Below, piece by piece: positions 38,301 through 53,300 of a DNA stretch of 64,000 nucleotides. The notes under the pieces are model-generated. The model made no database searches, had not been told where the DNA came from, and saw only the letters and a list, made by a program, of their open reading frames with translations. The translations under genes were made by a program, and so were the position numbers. Source of the stretch: Tubulanus polymorphus (lineage: Eukaryota > Animalia > Nemertea); NCBI RefSeq assembly GCF_964204645.1, contig NC_134029.1:17540950-17604949 (forward strand), in the 5' to 3' direction. Within the stretch, counting starts at the first letter, position 1, and each line of letters begins with the position of its first letter.

Positions 38301-41300
38301 GAATGTTTCTCGGTCACCAAGGCGAGCATAACTAGTTTAACAATGCAGTAAGTTTGCATAATTAGTTTAACAATGCAGCGTGCCAGGTACTATGCCTATA
38401 AGAGACACAGTGGGGTTCAAAATAACTGACCCAATGTACCAGGGATGAATCTTATCGAGAGACCACATCGCCAGTACGGTAGTGCTAAATGAAGTAGTTG
38501 TCACAACAGTATATAAGTACCCGGAGGTTAGTAAGGCCTACCAGTCCCAAACAGCATCTTGAGTGGGCAGAACTAACCACAGCTTTTTACATTCAAGCTG
38601 CTTCCCTCATTACACAATGCGCGATAGAAATGGTGCTACAATCCTGACCTGGCCTGTTTCCGAAAACCTTGGAGAGCTCAAGGATTGTGCTAGATCCTAT
38701 ACCACAGAGCCGACATCGACCAATTCGGTCAATACAGGCCATAGCTGTCATTGTTCCAACCCATGTCCCATTCAAACGACGCTTCCACTAAAAGGCTGAC
38801 TGGAAGGCTGACAGGCTTTGAGCAGATTTCGAAGTGCAGGTGAATGAAAATGAGCCAACATCAGGAAGCTAGTGCAGACAGTAGCCAAAAAGAAGATCTG
38901 TACATACCAGGCCTGTCAGATGAAACGTATGAACTCTATGCCAGCTATGTTAGTGTGTTTGAAGCTAACCCATTCTCAGAAGAAACTCGGGAAGCTGGCC
39001 AGACAGTGATGGGAGCCATCTCAAAGGACAGATAGCATAGCTTGTCTATGTTGGTCGAATCAAAAGATCTGACGATAAACAGCAAAACGACATGGGCATT
39101 AATACGCAAGCTTTTGGAAGGGCCCCAAGCACCGCAACAGCCAAATGTGACTGCTAACTCGTCATACTAGAGCAATCGGGATTCCGTCCATGAGAGTCAA
39201 CAGTCTCAACCTAACCTAGTACGCAGAAGACGGTTCCGAGAAAGGCATGGTGACTGGAGTTGTGTTGGTTGACCTAACTGCTGCATGTGACACTGAAAAC
39301 CACAGACGAGTCCTGAGCACATTAAATAACCAAAGATATCTACCTCACAGAGCTCGATAAAAGTATGCTGGCAAACAGAATGTTGAGCTGAGGAAAAGAA
39401 TAGTAGATGGGGGAGAATAAAAAATTGTTTGCCACAAGGATGCATGCTCTCACCGCTGCTCTTCAACATCTTAAAAACCACCAGCCAAAACCAAAAGCCT
39501 CGTTTTATTTTTGCAGATGATCTGGCCATAGGGGCTTAGGAACACACTTTCTAAGCAGTTGAGCAGAAACTTACAAATGGACTCGATGACGTTATGGATA
39601 CCATATCATGATGAAAACGACCTAAATATAAACCAGACAAAAACTCAGTTTGCGTTTTCTACCTCAGAGACAAAGACTGACCGCTGCTGACGGTCACCAC
39701 ATTGTCTTCCCAGTGTATCTTTGTATATCCTTAGACAGGAATCTCTCGTTCAAAAAACCATCAGATATCAGGAGATCAGCAAGAATGAACAGTAAAGACT
39801 AGTAACAGACAGACGCCGCCCACTCTCCAGCTAGGAGGCGACTGAAATCCAGGAGGAGCTTTCATTATGAAGTTTAGCCTGCGACTGCCCGCGCCGGAAA
39901 TTTTTTTCGATTGTGACCTTCAGTCACAGACGATGAACCACCTGCTGGAGTGCTGGAGTGCTTGATGCGCCGACATACCTGGCGACACTGCCAAACTGTA
40001 TGTTCATAAATGGAAGAGCTTAGTGTAATTGATTTTTGTGTGGACACAATAACTAACTAACTATAATGGTCCATAATCATTGGAATGGAATGGAGTGAAA
40101 ACAGGTGCCAATTTCCGGTTCTGACTAGCTCCATCAAACGAGTAATTCCAGAACTTGAATTTGTCGATATCCCGTATTGCAATGGGGTGAGATGTCGCGA
40201 CACTGCCAACGTATAGAATATTGAAAATCGACTATTCATTCTCCTAAACCAAGACTAGTAGTAAAAAGTGAGAATTATTTTTTCACCACAAATCGATATA
40301 ATTATTTCGAAGCATTGTTTCTGTCAGACGTGATATGATTTTAGAAATGTGACAGAGTTCTTCGATGGTCCCCGGCTAAGTAGAATGCCTAAAAATAGGG
40401 TCGTCGTAATATAACTCATCTTATTTATATTTCAGTGCGTCTGTCGTCAAGAAAATATTACGGCACTGTTTCCCTGACTTTAAATGCTAGCGTTTATAGC
40501 GTTTGCGATGATGGCTGGGACAATAACGATGCTAAAGTTGTGTGCAGAGAGTTGGGGTTCGTCGACGGTCGCGCGTTAAACCGTTCTGCGCTCGGTTCGA
40601 GAAGCGGTTATGGTATAAAATCTGTGATCAACGTACGATGCATGGGTAGCGAGAAAAACCTCACAGATTGTCCATCGACAAAACGGAATCAAACGTGTCG
40701 TTATGGAAGACTGGCCTCGGTCGTTTGTCATGCAAAAACACTAACACAATCTGAAATGGGTAAGACACGTCATGGAACTTTAACCCCAACGCACAAGGCA
40801 AGGAATAAACCTCTAAGAAATTAATTCAAAACGATTTCTAATAAAACGTGTTTTCCTTTTTTATGAAACGAAATGTTAATTGCCTTGTGCATTGGGTTTT
40901 ATGGTGTGCAACAGAGGCAAACCTTTGAATGATGAACATTAATTACTCATGAACATATGAATATTTTTCTCAATAATTTTTCAGAATTCAAAGTCAAATT
41001 GGAAAACGGACAAACCTCGTTCGGTACTTTGCTTGTACGGCATCTTGGAATTTGGGGATCAGTTTGCCCAAAGAATGGAGTAGACAATGACGTAGCAAAA
41101 GTTGCTTGTCGCCAAGCAGGATTTGTCGATGGAATATTAATCTACGGTTCAATGAGAAATAGTTTTGACAGATATAACACATCATTACAGTGGATCACGG
41201 CCATCAACTGCACTGGTGATGAAACCTCACTATTAGAATGTTCGAGAAGCCCGTTTGGCGTACAAAATAGTTATGACAGCTGTTCTATTTATCAAGTAGT

Positions 41301-44300
41301 CAATGTTGTTTGCTTCAAAAATAATGATCAAGGTAATTCTTTACTGCAGAATTAATCAGTGATTATAGTTTCCATTATTGCATAATTTAGGTTGTATGTT
41401 CAAGGTAAACTTTAAATGATCTAAATATTTTACATAAGTCTGAAACAATTATTCTTGAATATTCATTTCTTAGAAATACTGTTCTTAGCTCTTTCCTGAG
41501 CTCGGGGTCATTTCCTTGTGAATTCTTGCGAATTGTTTACAATATTTCGTTACCATATACACCTAATGATGGCTGTTAGTCAACAGCCGAAACGTTGTGG
41601 TTTCGTTCTAATAAATTATTTCATATAAAATTCGAATTGTACTTGCACCAAATGATATCAAAAATGTTTTTCTTTTTGTCACAAACAATAGATAACTTGA
41701 AAATCCGTTTCATGAATGGTACAGTTGAAACGCCTGGCGAAGGAAGAGTTGAAATTAGATATAATGGTCAATGGGCTACTGTGTGCGATCGACGCAAGTC
41801 ACTTGCTAGTTCTATCTGCAAGTCTCGTGGATTCAATGACGGTATTGCAATCTTACATCCTTTTTATGGAAAAGGATCTGGACCAGTTGTGCTTGGAGAT
41901 GGAGAAGATTTCAATGGCTGCTCGAAACCTCTATTCAATTGTGAAATAGCAAATTTCTGGCTACGAAATTATGTAAACAGTACATACTGCAGCAGTCATG
42001 ATCATGATTTATCAGTCCGTTGTTATAAAAGAGGTAATCCATTTATGATTGCACGAATAAGCTTTATCATGTTCTAATCAAGGGTGGCGTTAGTGCCCCA
42101 AATTTTGAGTGCCATGGAAATTACTGTATCTGTGTACTCTATTTCTTAATACATTAACTAATATTAGTTCTAGTAATCTAGCACAGATAATGTAATCCAG
42201 GTAAACCTGTAGCGAAGGGCGAATTTTGAAATCATTTCCCTTCAATATCATTCAGAATTTATGCTATACAACTATGAAAGTGTCATGACGACATATCTGT
42301 AAAAAGGATTTTTGAGATTAATTTCAAATTTGCAACTTAGAAAAAAAACTAATTTTCCCTTATAGAATGTGCTTTATGAGGTAAAGTTCCTTCTTTACTC
42401 TAGCAGTGTTCACCTTTTCCAAATTCCTTGGCAATGGGCTGTGCCTGGTCTTACAAAATCTTTATTGACTCGACAACTATTTACGATGTTGTGCACATTA
42501 TAATGCAATTGAAATAATTGAATATCATTTTAGTAAAACTGGTCAATGGTGGTCCAAACGCCGGTCAAGTGAGATTCTACAAGGACGGTAGATGGGGAAA
42601 GGTTTGTGGAACCGGTTGGAATAATAATGATGCGCAAGTGGTTTGTCGCAGTCTTCGATACGGTTACGGGAAATCGTTATGTTGCCAGGCGTTTAAACCT
42701 GTCTCGTATTATACCAAGACGGTGATATCATCTGTTGGTTGTAGGGGTAATGAAACTGGTCTAGAAGACTGTCCCTATTTGTCAAGCTTTTACTGTTCAT
42801 CCAGTAATTATGCATCAGTTGTTTGTCAAAACAAGCCGTTTTCAGGGAGTAAGTATGGCATAAGTCATCATTTAATGTAGATGGAAAGTTTCACACAGGA
42901 AATTTACGAAACAAAATATCGAAGCCCTATAAAATTGAGACCACAGTTGACACGCGATTTGAGTTTTTAATTCGACTTACATGATTTTCAACAACTTTTA
43001 TTGGACCCAGTTGCTTTAAAGTAAATCTTTTGAAATGTCTGCTTACCCTGGATGAAATTCCAAATTCTGAATTCTAGTGGTGAGACTTCTTTCATTGCAT
43101 CGTACATTTATGATATTCATTTATGCATATATATTCTCGTAATTTCAAAATTATTAATTTCAATAGATTTAACAATTCAACTGACAAATGGTGGACAATT
43201 CGGTCATTTCACTGGATCAGTACATGTTTCGATATATGGTCAAAGTGGTTATATTTGTGACAAAGGGTGGAACAATTCAGCAGCTAATGTCACCTGTAAA
43301 CAACTCGGTTATCGCGGTGGAATGAAAATGATATACAGTGCCACGAGAGATTCATACTATCGGTCAAATACTTACCTAATTACTGATGTCAAATGCAACG
43401 GTACCGAATCGACGATAGCAGATTGTAGATATACCCGTTTATCGGTTTGTAGCAGTTCGGTCGGCGCTGCTGGCGTTTTATGTTATCAGTCATCAGGTAA
43501 GTCGTTACACTGAATAATTTTCGTGAATCTATTAACCGACTCCCTTTAGTTACTGGTTACCGATCTGGCGTCGTCTTTAACGGGTTTGAAAAGTCCAGAG
43601 AGCCGAGAGATTTTGCTTTAGATGACACAAAAACATTTAATTCAACTTCTAATATAGAATTTCGGTATCCCCCATGAAGACACGTCAGATGTAACACATA
43701 CTACGACGCGTGCCTCCCTAATTTAATCGATTTGGCAAAACTCCCCGTCTAAACATCGGAACAATGTGGCCAGGCTACAGTATAAAGATACCTCGAAGCC
43801 TATCGGTAGACGGGTGATGGGTAGATTATATATCTGTCAGTCTCAATAGAGAGGTTATGACAGCAGGTTCTGGGATCTTCATTTGGAGAGATAGATGTAA
43901 GAGGTAGGACTAGGATTTATTTTCAATATGGAACAATAGTTCAAATGTCTTGTAGGTGCACAGTTTCGGATTGCTGCAAAAGTCGTTGATAAGATCTGCC
44001 CATTTACAGGAATACAAAAAACATATGATATGGATCCCTTAAGCGAGTTAAATGGAAGTTTGCTGGAGCCTTGGTTTATCCAGATATTAATAATTAAAGG
44101 TTGTGAAGCATGAAAAGGTTTTTTGAATAGTGGTATCCGGATGTGGAATATTCATTTTGTCAAGAAGGAGACCGATAGCCGTACGGGCGTACGGGCGTAA
44201 AATGAGAGCTCGCGATTACGAAACCTTGACCAGTACCGGGTATTTCAAACAGAGAGGGATAATGAAATAGAGTTGAGGGGGTTGGCCTAGTTCTCCACGG

Positions 44301-47300
44301 ACCGTTCATTTTTCGTGCCTAATTATTTATCAGGTTTTCTGCAATTGGAGGAGTTTCACATATTTATATGATGATCCTGATTCGGCAGCTACAAAGTATC
44401 TCATTTCACAGCAAACGGTTAGTATAGGACGTACGACTAGGGATTTGTATGCCACATTCTGCCCTATGTCCAGACATTTCATTGGAAGTAATATCAACTC
44501 GTTTGTCACAGGTCTTGATAAAGTTATCACCTTAAATAAATAACGTTAAAAAGGATGCCAAGATAGTAGTAATCTCTTATTATTTCAATGTTGCAACCAT
44601 CAAAAGTGGAGGCATCATTGATGATGAGTTCGGCCCCTCGGTTGAAAATTATGAATTTCATTTGTCAATTTTAATTGTGAAATCCATAAATTGGGCACAG
44701 CTCCTAGCCTACCTTTGTTAGTGTAAAAACATCAGATACATGGAATGAAAGAAATTGAAAAAAAAATAAAATAGAAAAAACTTGTCGCAGTACGGATAAA
44801 AAATATACATCTTAAACAACGTGAATACAACGAAGCTTCGAAATTAAATTTCTGTGGAGCTGCGGCGTGAAACCAATTATACTCTGCGGAAGGTGCCGCC
44901 TGCAGCCGGACAGGACATAGAACTGGTTTCTCTGGATAACACGGCTATTCGGTGCAGCATAAACATGTTTGATCTTAAAATAGGGATTGTCCCCATTATT
45001 TATTTATTTGGCTGGTAAATTTTGTTTGATTTTTCGCGATCGAGTGTCCCTTACAGACCCACCACACCTGCCGGGAGCGAAACAGGGGGTTTGATTTTGA
45101 AATCGGAAATCGAAGTACAGATATAGATGTGTGATCGGCGGTCGAGTTAACAGAATATTTTAAAATCGAAGTACATAATTGGAAATTCGGTTCCGATTCA
45201 TCCAAACAATCTTCCATTCAGTCTGAACCGGCAAGCGACTGATTGGGATGAATTTTTTCTGGCTGCCTAATTTAATACAATGAGATTCTGGAAATAGCTA
45301 TATTACTAGATCATTTTGTCCATTTTTATATTTTTTGGTCGTTTTCTACGTGTAAATAGTCCGATAGTTTATTGTGGTTTTTTTTCTCGGGTAGATATTG
45401 ATGTAGAAGTCCTCTAAGTTGATGATCCCGCGTGTTGACTAGATAGGAAGAAAGCACATTTCGAAACGCAAATTTTCCAGATGAGAGTATGGCCCTGGGG
45501 TATCCGAAGTGTAGTTGTATGACATCGACGGTGCAGCTCCAATGAGGATGGGTTTCTCCGTCAAGGGGTGCGCAGTTGGTACTTCACATCTGGTGCTGAA
45601 TTTGCCTAAAAGTATAAGTTTTACACTGGGAGCAGTTATGTGTTTCTAATATACAGTGAGTTAGGTCCGTGAATGTATCGCAATCAAACGGACAGTGCTA
45701 TGCGTATTGATAGACCGTCAGTAAGAAAGCGGCACAGACACGTGAATATTAAATACATGTTTGTACACTTACATATATACAGTCTTGATCGGGTTTTATT
45801 TACATTGTCACGATTAGGTTTTTGGTAGCTTTTAATGATGTCAAGAGGCAACTTTCCAGTCACCATTGCGCGTAGATAGACTGAGCTTGCTATCCTAAGG
45901 TCACAAACGGAGGCAGCGTTCCAGCTATCGTGGCAATCAGACTGAGTTTACAGTCAAAACATCAGAAACAGTAAACTAATAAACTAATGCGTATGTGATG
46001 ATATAGAGCAAAAGTGGTCAGACAGTTCTATGCGTATTGATAGACCGTCATCCCTGTTCGATCTAAATCAGAACATACCTCAAGTGTCAAAGTCGGGATA
46101 TGTAGGTGTAAGTAATAAAAAAGGCGTTGGGTTTAATTAATAGACTACGCTAATGGTGTCGATTGTGATTCTGTTTACTACGTTCAGTCCGTTTGCATCC
46201 AGGTGTATAAGTACATTGTTAAGAGTCCAAATATGAAGGTTTTGTTGAAGCATGATTTCTTGGTTTAGGTGATCTATTTGCGAGTTTTTGAAATAAATTA
46301 TAGTGTTGATGCGGCCAGAGCATAAACATGTTAACCGAAGGGTGTAAACTTCTGTTCGACGCCATACATGTTTCATTCCTAAAAAAATAACAATAATTTC
46401 ATTTATATTTCCTATACCCCGAGCAGAGTCAATAATATGAATGTCTTTATCAGAATGGTTGCAGAATAACTGAAGGAAGTATGTATACAATCTATTCACA
46501 ATCTCGTCGCTAAAATATGCATTTTTCTCACGTATTAAATCAGGGGTGACCTTTCACCTTGAAGGAGGAAAGACTCCAAATGAAGGAAGAGTTGTGGTGA
46601 CATATGAAGGCATACCCGGATCCGTTTGTTCATTATCGTTTTATGACACCGCTGCCTCCGTTTTATGTAAATCACTGGGTCTTGGTTACAATGGAGGAAC
46701 AGTAATTCGCAAGTATGCTTTCAACTTACGTACGATTGCTGACTCGAGATAAGGAGAATCCTCACACTGATATAACGGGAAAGATGAAGTTCGAAAAGTT
46801 GAATGATTCATTGATTCTAACTTCCGACTCTAATCAAATAATCGTCTTCAGGAATACCGAGTTACACAGTTACAAACTAAACGAATTAAAGCAAAGCAAA
46901 CAAGAGGGTGATTATCAAAAACATTAGTGAATATAAGTAGATTGAGTTACAACAAATGGAACTTAAAGGAAACTTTTCGGACTTCATATTTCTTGTTATA
47001 TTAGTGTGGGGATCTCTATATATCGTCACAACACGGGTCACATAGTGTTTCCACCAATGGTTTCACATAGTATTTCCACCAATGGTTATAATGGTTCAAG
47101 AGTTCATTTTCTAGATTGTTGATAAAAAAATTGATCGGAATTATCATTTCTCTAAATCATTTACTTCCAAGCAAATTTGGTTCAGGAAGTGGACGGATGT
47201 ACCTCGGTGATATCAGATGTAAAGGCAATGAAAATTCGATCCTTGCATGTGAAAGTGCTGGATGGAGACCTGAGTCATTTGGTTATGGAGCTTGTCACGA

Positions 47301-50300
47301 TGCTAAGCTACTCCACTCAGAATGGGAAATTGCGGCAGTTCGATGCATAAAGAATGGTAAGTAGTTACATATCCTGGTGTTACTTAGTTACTGGATGATA
47401 TTTAAGATGTCCACAGATTTGATCTTTGCTTTATCAATCGCAATTTTCATAGGAACTGTAGTTACAAAAATCAAACCTACACTGAGGTGGCTGATTCGGG
47501 CTATCACACTGAAGAAATTATTGTTATTAAACAAAGAAATTTATTCGCTTTTTGCCATTATTTATATCCGGAATTTTAAGTTATGACCAGAATCAGCCAC
47601 AATCATAAAATCTGTCAAACGAATTAATTTCTTCGTTTTTGTGGACTCTAAGACGAATCGTCCATGGTTTATAGTAAGGGTTTATTATGGAAAGATTAGA
47701 AGCTAGGATAGATAGTATCATCGTAGTATACATTAAATTTCTGTTCACTATTAAGTTGACTTTTTAAATATCCTTTCAGCTACAATTTCAAATGGTAAAG
47801 TGACAAACACTTCCAGATACGGCAATCCAAAGTTATTTGTGAATGGGGAATGGAGATATATTTGCCGAGATGGTTTTGATGACAACGACGCACGAGTGAT
47901 ATGCCGAGATTTGTCATACCCATATGGAAAAGCGTTGCCGAAAAATATGCTTGTCCCAATTTACAGTAGCAAATACTTCTTCATCAATAATTTACAATGC
48001 AGCGGAAGCGAACCATCAGCCACTAAATGCAGATATTCTAATGTTCGAACTTGCAGTGGAGATTCCTGGGGAAAGCTGAATAATATTGCAGGAATTACGT
48101 GCTCGATGACCCCATTCTTAAACGGTAAGCAGAAAATGAAAATTGGTCTGTGTTTCATGGAAAAACCGGACTCAAAAATCTCAGCTATATTTTCATATCG
48201 AAAATCTGCGTAATTTGATTGCAGATATTTTTGTTCGTGATTTTCGGTGATAATTATGGCTTGGCCAAAATACACTTGCTTACCCAAAGCTGGCACGCGT
48301 CTGTCTGTATAATCTAAGAACCTTCTTTGTGGGTTATTCAAAGAACCCGTTAGTTCTTCGCGGAACCTTGGGGTTCCTCAGCACCTAAAAGAGATCTTCA
48401 TGGTCAAAAGGGGTTGTTGGTAGTGCGAAAGGTTCTAGGAAAAATGGAATTGAGTTTCAGCAGAAGTTCTCAATATGCGTATTGATCTCAGTGCAGCTCT
48501 TAGTACCGGTAATATCCAATATAGGACTCTTTATCGGTCACCTCTTATCTAGAAGATTTCTTAGCATCTTCAACACTAATGATTGGTATGATGATACCGT
48601 TGATATGCGTTCTGCACCCTGCTTGGAGGTTACTTGGAGGATAATCAGTTACAATCAATTAAATAGTTCCCTCTAGTCGCCCTTGCGATACGCTTCCGGC
48701 AATCCACAATCTGCAGCCTATAGTAAAAACAAGAAATTCAAGCGTTAAATTCAAATATAAGCTCGTTAATCCAGGGAAAATCCTGCTATGACGTCACTGA
48801 TCTAATCGTTATTTTACAGGTTATGCGATTAGCCTACGAAATGTCTTCAGCTCAGGAGCTAGTGTGTATGGAACTGTTCAAATCAGATGGTTGAATATAA
48901 ATGGTAGCACGTGCCACGACACGTGGAACGATCGAGCCGCTAATGTCACTTGTAAACAATTGGGATACCTTAGTGGTCGAGCCATATATGTTCCTGACTA
49001 CAGTTACGGACCTTTTACTGTTGGACATGTGAAATGTTCCGGCTTCGAATCATCTTTAGCCGGCTGTGTAATAAGAGATGGTAATTGTTCAGATCGCAGA
49101 GCAGCTGGCGTTTTATGCACTTCTGACGCAGGTGAGGCAGACTTGCGCGCTAATATTGTTGATAAGTTAATCTCGGAAGAAATTGTATCTTTTAGTGACA
49201 TCCTTTTCCATCTGTTACAAATCTATTTCTGATGAAAATTTTTCTTGACCCTTTTTTGGTTGTTTTAAAGCTGGCATTAAATTCCGAATTGCCGGCGGAA
49301 TGGGAAATTACGGAAGAGCAGAAATCTTGATCAACGGACAATGGGGAACAGTGTGCGATCCAGACCGTGCCAACACCTCCGCTAAGGTTAGATTATATCC
49401 TACCAATAGGAAAAATAGCTTACATATAAAATCGTTTTGCAATTTATATATATATATATATGTATATATGTATATATATATATGACATATAATTGAAATA
49501 CTCGATACTTGCAGGTTTTTTGTCGTAGTTTAGGATACATGGACGGAATTGTTTACAACGGAAAACTTGGTACATCGTCTGGTCCTGTAGCAGTCCAAGC
49601 ACCGAGATGCACTGGAAATGAATCGTCGATTCTAATGTGTACCGTTTACCAGTGGCAGGCAGCAAAATATTCCGGTTGTCGCACGCACGACAATGATCTG
49701 AACGTACATTGCGTTTCTTCCGGTAATGACTTTTATAATTTTGATTGATAAATTTTATTATGGGAAATCCAATTCATTGATGTTATTCAGGTGTAGACAT
49801 CTTTAGATAAAGCGGTGCTGAATTAGTCCTAACTTTTATTCGGATGAATCATTTCTAGTTTGTCACACTATTCCATTAATTTAAAACATTTCATTTTCAT
49901 TTCATACAGTTCGATTGCAGAACAATGGCGCAATTGGGCCTGTGTTGTTGAATTATGGAGGAAAATGGGGTTACGCTTGTGATAAAAATTGGGACGACAG
50001 AGAAGCGATGATAACATGTCGATCAATTTCACCTGTTTATTCCGCCGCTAAAGCGATCTGTTGCTCAGCGTTCAAGAATTCCGATCCCCGAGAACGATAT
50101 GAAATTATAGCTTCAAACATTGAATGTTCTGGATCGGAGAGCAATTTTAGTCAATGTCGAGTGAACTATGGTAATCAAATGGCTTGTCCGAACCGACAAT
50201 ACGCTTCTGTCCTCTGCCTAGTGATTCCTCCAATCGGTGAGTTTCAGCGCCCATCATGGCAATGATAGAACATCAAATGGTTCGTTCGTATGGTTTCGTC

Positions 50301-53300
50301 CTGGGGACGCACTTATTTTCAAAAGATTTTCGAGATTTAAGTTAGTTTCGGAAGAAACTAGTTCACTCACTTTAATCAGTGATTTTTGCAGTTTGATAAA
50401 TTCCAAGTTTGTAACTCCAAGTATGAGAAAATGTCCATTGGAAGTAATTGTAAATTTGGTTAATGTCAAGTTGCAATACAGCAGACACAGATATATGATG
50501 TAGAAATACAGCTATTCATTTCATAGGACCATCGCAGCCTACTGTTTTTCCATTTTCAGATGTTATTCGGGTCAGTGTCGCACTGTCTTCAGTTGTTATC
50601 ACGATGAAGGATGGCCTCGTGAAGTTGAACATCTACGGGCATTCGGGCCGTATATGTGCCGACGGTTGGGATAATAAAGACGCTAAAGCTTTATGCAATT
50701 CCATGGGTCACAATAATGCCATCGCTTACAGGACTCGGGTTTCGGTAACAGGTAGTCCATTCTGGGTCGGTAATCTCACGTGTACAGGGACAGAGCGCGA
50801 CTTGAAATATTGCGATGGTATCAGAAATCGTAATAGATATGGATACGCGTGTTCATCAACAGATTCGGCAGCCGCTTTATGTTACACATCGACTACTAAT
50901 AGTAAGTATGAGCTTGATATGAAATACGTATACTTTGATCTATACTTTTTAGTGAAAACCGAATTTTTAAAAAACAATATTCGTGTTGTTGCAGTGAAAA
51001 AGAACATTTGCAATAATGGAATGTCTGTTCTATTAACTTAAGTACTTTTCGTATCTGAGAGTAACTCGTATTTTATTATGTAGAGTTGAGTTATAAATTG
51101 ATTTCCGGTCGCACAACCAGCGATGGAACGATCCAAGTTACACTTAACGGTAGACAGGGAATGATCTGCGGGGAAAATTGGACCGACACGGAAGCAAACG
51201 TATTTTGCAAACAACTCAATTTCGAAACTGGCAACGCAGTGATATATTCACTGGCAAATAGGCCATTTCGGAGGGTTTTCCTATGGTTACGTGAAGTGCA
51301 TTGTAATGGCGACGAACTTGGTATTGAAAATTGTCGTCATATCGGTTGGGGAAAAGTTGCCAATACGTTTTGTAACCCGAGCAGTTATCGATATAAAGTC
51401 GCCGGAGTTAGATGTTACCGAGCAGGTAAGCCCACACAAACAAATACGGTATCCTATTTTCTCATCAGATTTAGTACAATTCTTTTCTTTTTCAATAAAA
51501 AGGTTGAAACAAAAAGCCTAACCAGAGATTTATAGATGAAGCGCGAGAGGGAAGTTTTTTACTAATGCCAAACCAATGCTAGTAATACAAGTAGAACATA
51601 TGCAAAAAATTATTCAGAATTATGAAGCTCCCTAAACCTATGAAATGAAACTATATCGCCGAAACTGAGACAACCATTTTCACTATTCTAACGATTCCTC
51701 GAAATGAAGTAAAATGAAACGCTGCTGTTGCCACCGTAAATGTGGATAACCGATACGTGGACGATGAGCATATAAAGCCCGCAGAAAAGAAATAGCTATG
51801 CGGGCGAGCGGATTTGATATTTATTTAAAAGAAGACGATCAATGCTTTGCAGATGCGGGCGAGCGCATTTGGCTTTTTATTCTTAGGGATTTTTTATGGC
51901 AGGGTGGCATTTGATTTTCTTGAGAAACTAGGATATTTCTTTGTGTGGCCCGAGTCTTGAAATTTACGTAAACGTACTTTTTCGCTCTGAATGTGTTGCA
52001 GTGGTTCCAGACTTCAAATCTGGTCGGCTTCGATTACGAATATCGGTCTCTTGTAGTTCACTCATCGATGATGTAGCATACTTGAATGTGTGTCCATTCA
52101 TTTTCAGTCCGCTTGGGACTTTATGTACAGTCCAATTTCGGTCGGTTGGACATCATAAAAAACAACACTTGGTACCCAGTTTGTGATCACGGTTTCACTG
52201 ACGTCGAAGCTAGAATAGCTTGTAAACAACTTGGCTATGTAGATGGAAAAGCAATTTTACGAAGTTTCTTTTTGAGAAAATCCAACAACCAACTGGCAAG
52301 TGTGAAATGTTTGGGCAACGAGTCAAAGTTGAATTTATGTTCTATAAAGGTTGACAGTTGTTCCAGTAAGAATTACACCAGTATCTATTGTGTATCGACA
52401 CCTATCATCAGGACTCAACGTAAGTACATGTATGATAAATATACATGCTCAATCGAAATAATCGTCATAGATTGTTGCTTACAAAAATAATTATGGAATA
52501 CCACAAACAGCAGGAAGGAAGGATTTCTACATGAATCGTCATACGCACACCAGGAGCGGATCTAGGAAATTTGGGAGGCCTGGATCCAGACGAAAAGAAA
52601 GACATTCTTTAAATAAATCAGCCATGTCATAGGCCGTCGTGGTTCCTATTCTTCGGCATTAGATATTTTTGAAGATATCTAAGGATATACAATTGCCAAA
52701 AGAATGAGCGTCAAATTTGCAGGTTTTGTCTTGGGCACCCTCAATAGGAAAACAGAAACCCGGTCCACGAGACCACGCCCCCCCCCCCTAAATCTGCCCC
52801 TGGTACACGTATCTGTCAATGAGTTTTTTCGCGACCTATGTACATAGATGAAAAATTTCCAGGTCAGGAATAACGACACCAGTAGAAGAAAGAACAAACG
52901 TCTCATGTGTTTGAAATCTATAACCGTGTTCCTTTCTGTAAATTTGATAGAATGTACGCTATGTGTAAATGTGAATATGTAATGATGGATTATTCAAATA
53001 TTACCTTAATCTATATTTCAGCATTAATTGTACAATGGTTTAACGATACAAGACGACTGAAAGCTCGTGTGGGAGGTGTCTGGGGACGTATTTGTCCAAT
53101 CAACTGGTCGGATCGTGAAGCAACAGTTTTCTGTAAACAAAAGGGTTATGCCGGAGGTTACGCATTTCAAGAATCGACAGCTAGTAGACAACTGCCGTAC
53201 ACTATGGCTAATGTCCGGTGTAAAGGATCAGAATCAAATTTAGCCGAATGTATTTTCGATGATCCAATGAAAGTCGCATCGCCGTGTCATTTCGGAACCT

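Noticed and set aside
43560-46500. Hidden gene in the long intron after SRCR6
   Set aside because: Only short motif-less ORFs and a 30-bp direct repeat (45691/46021); no coherent exon chain found.
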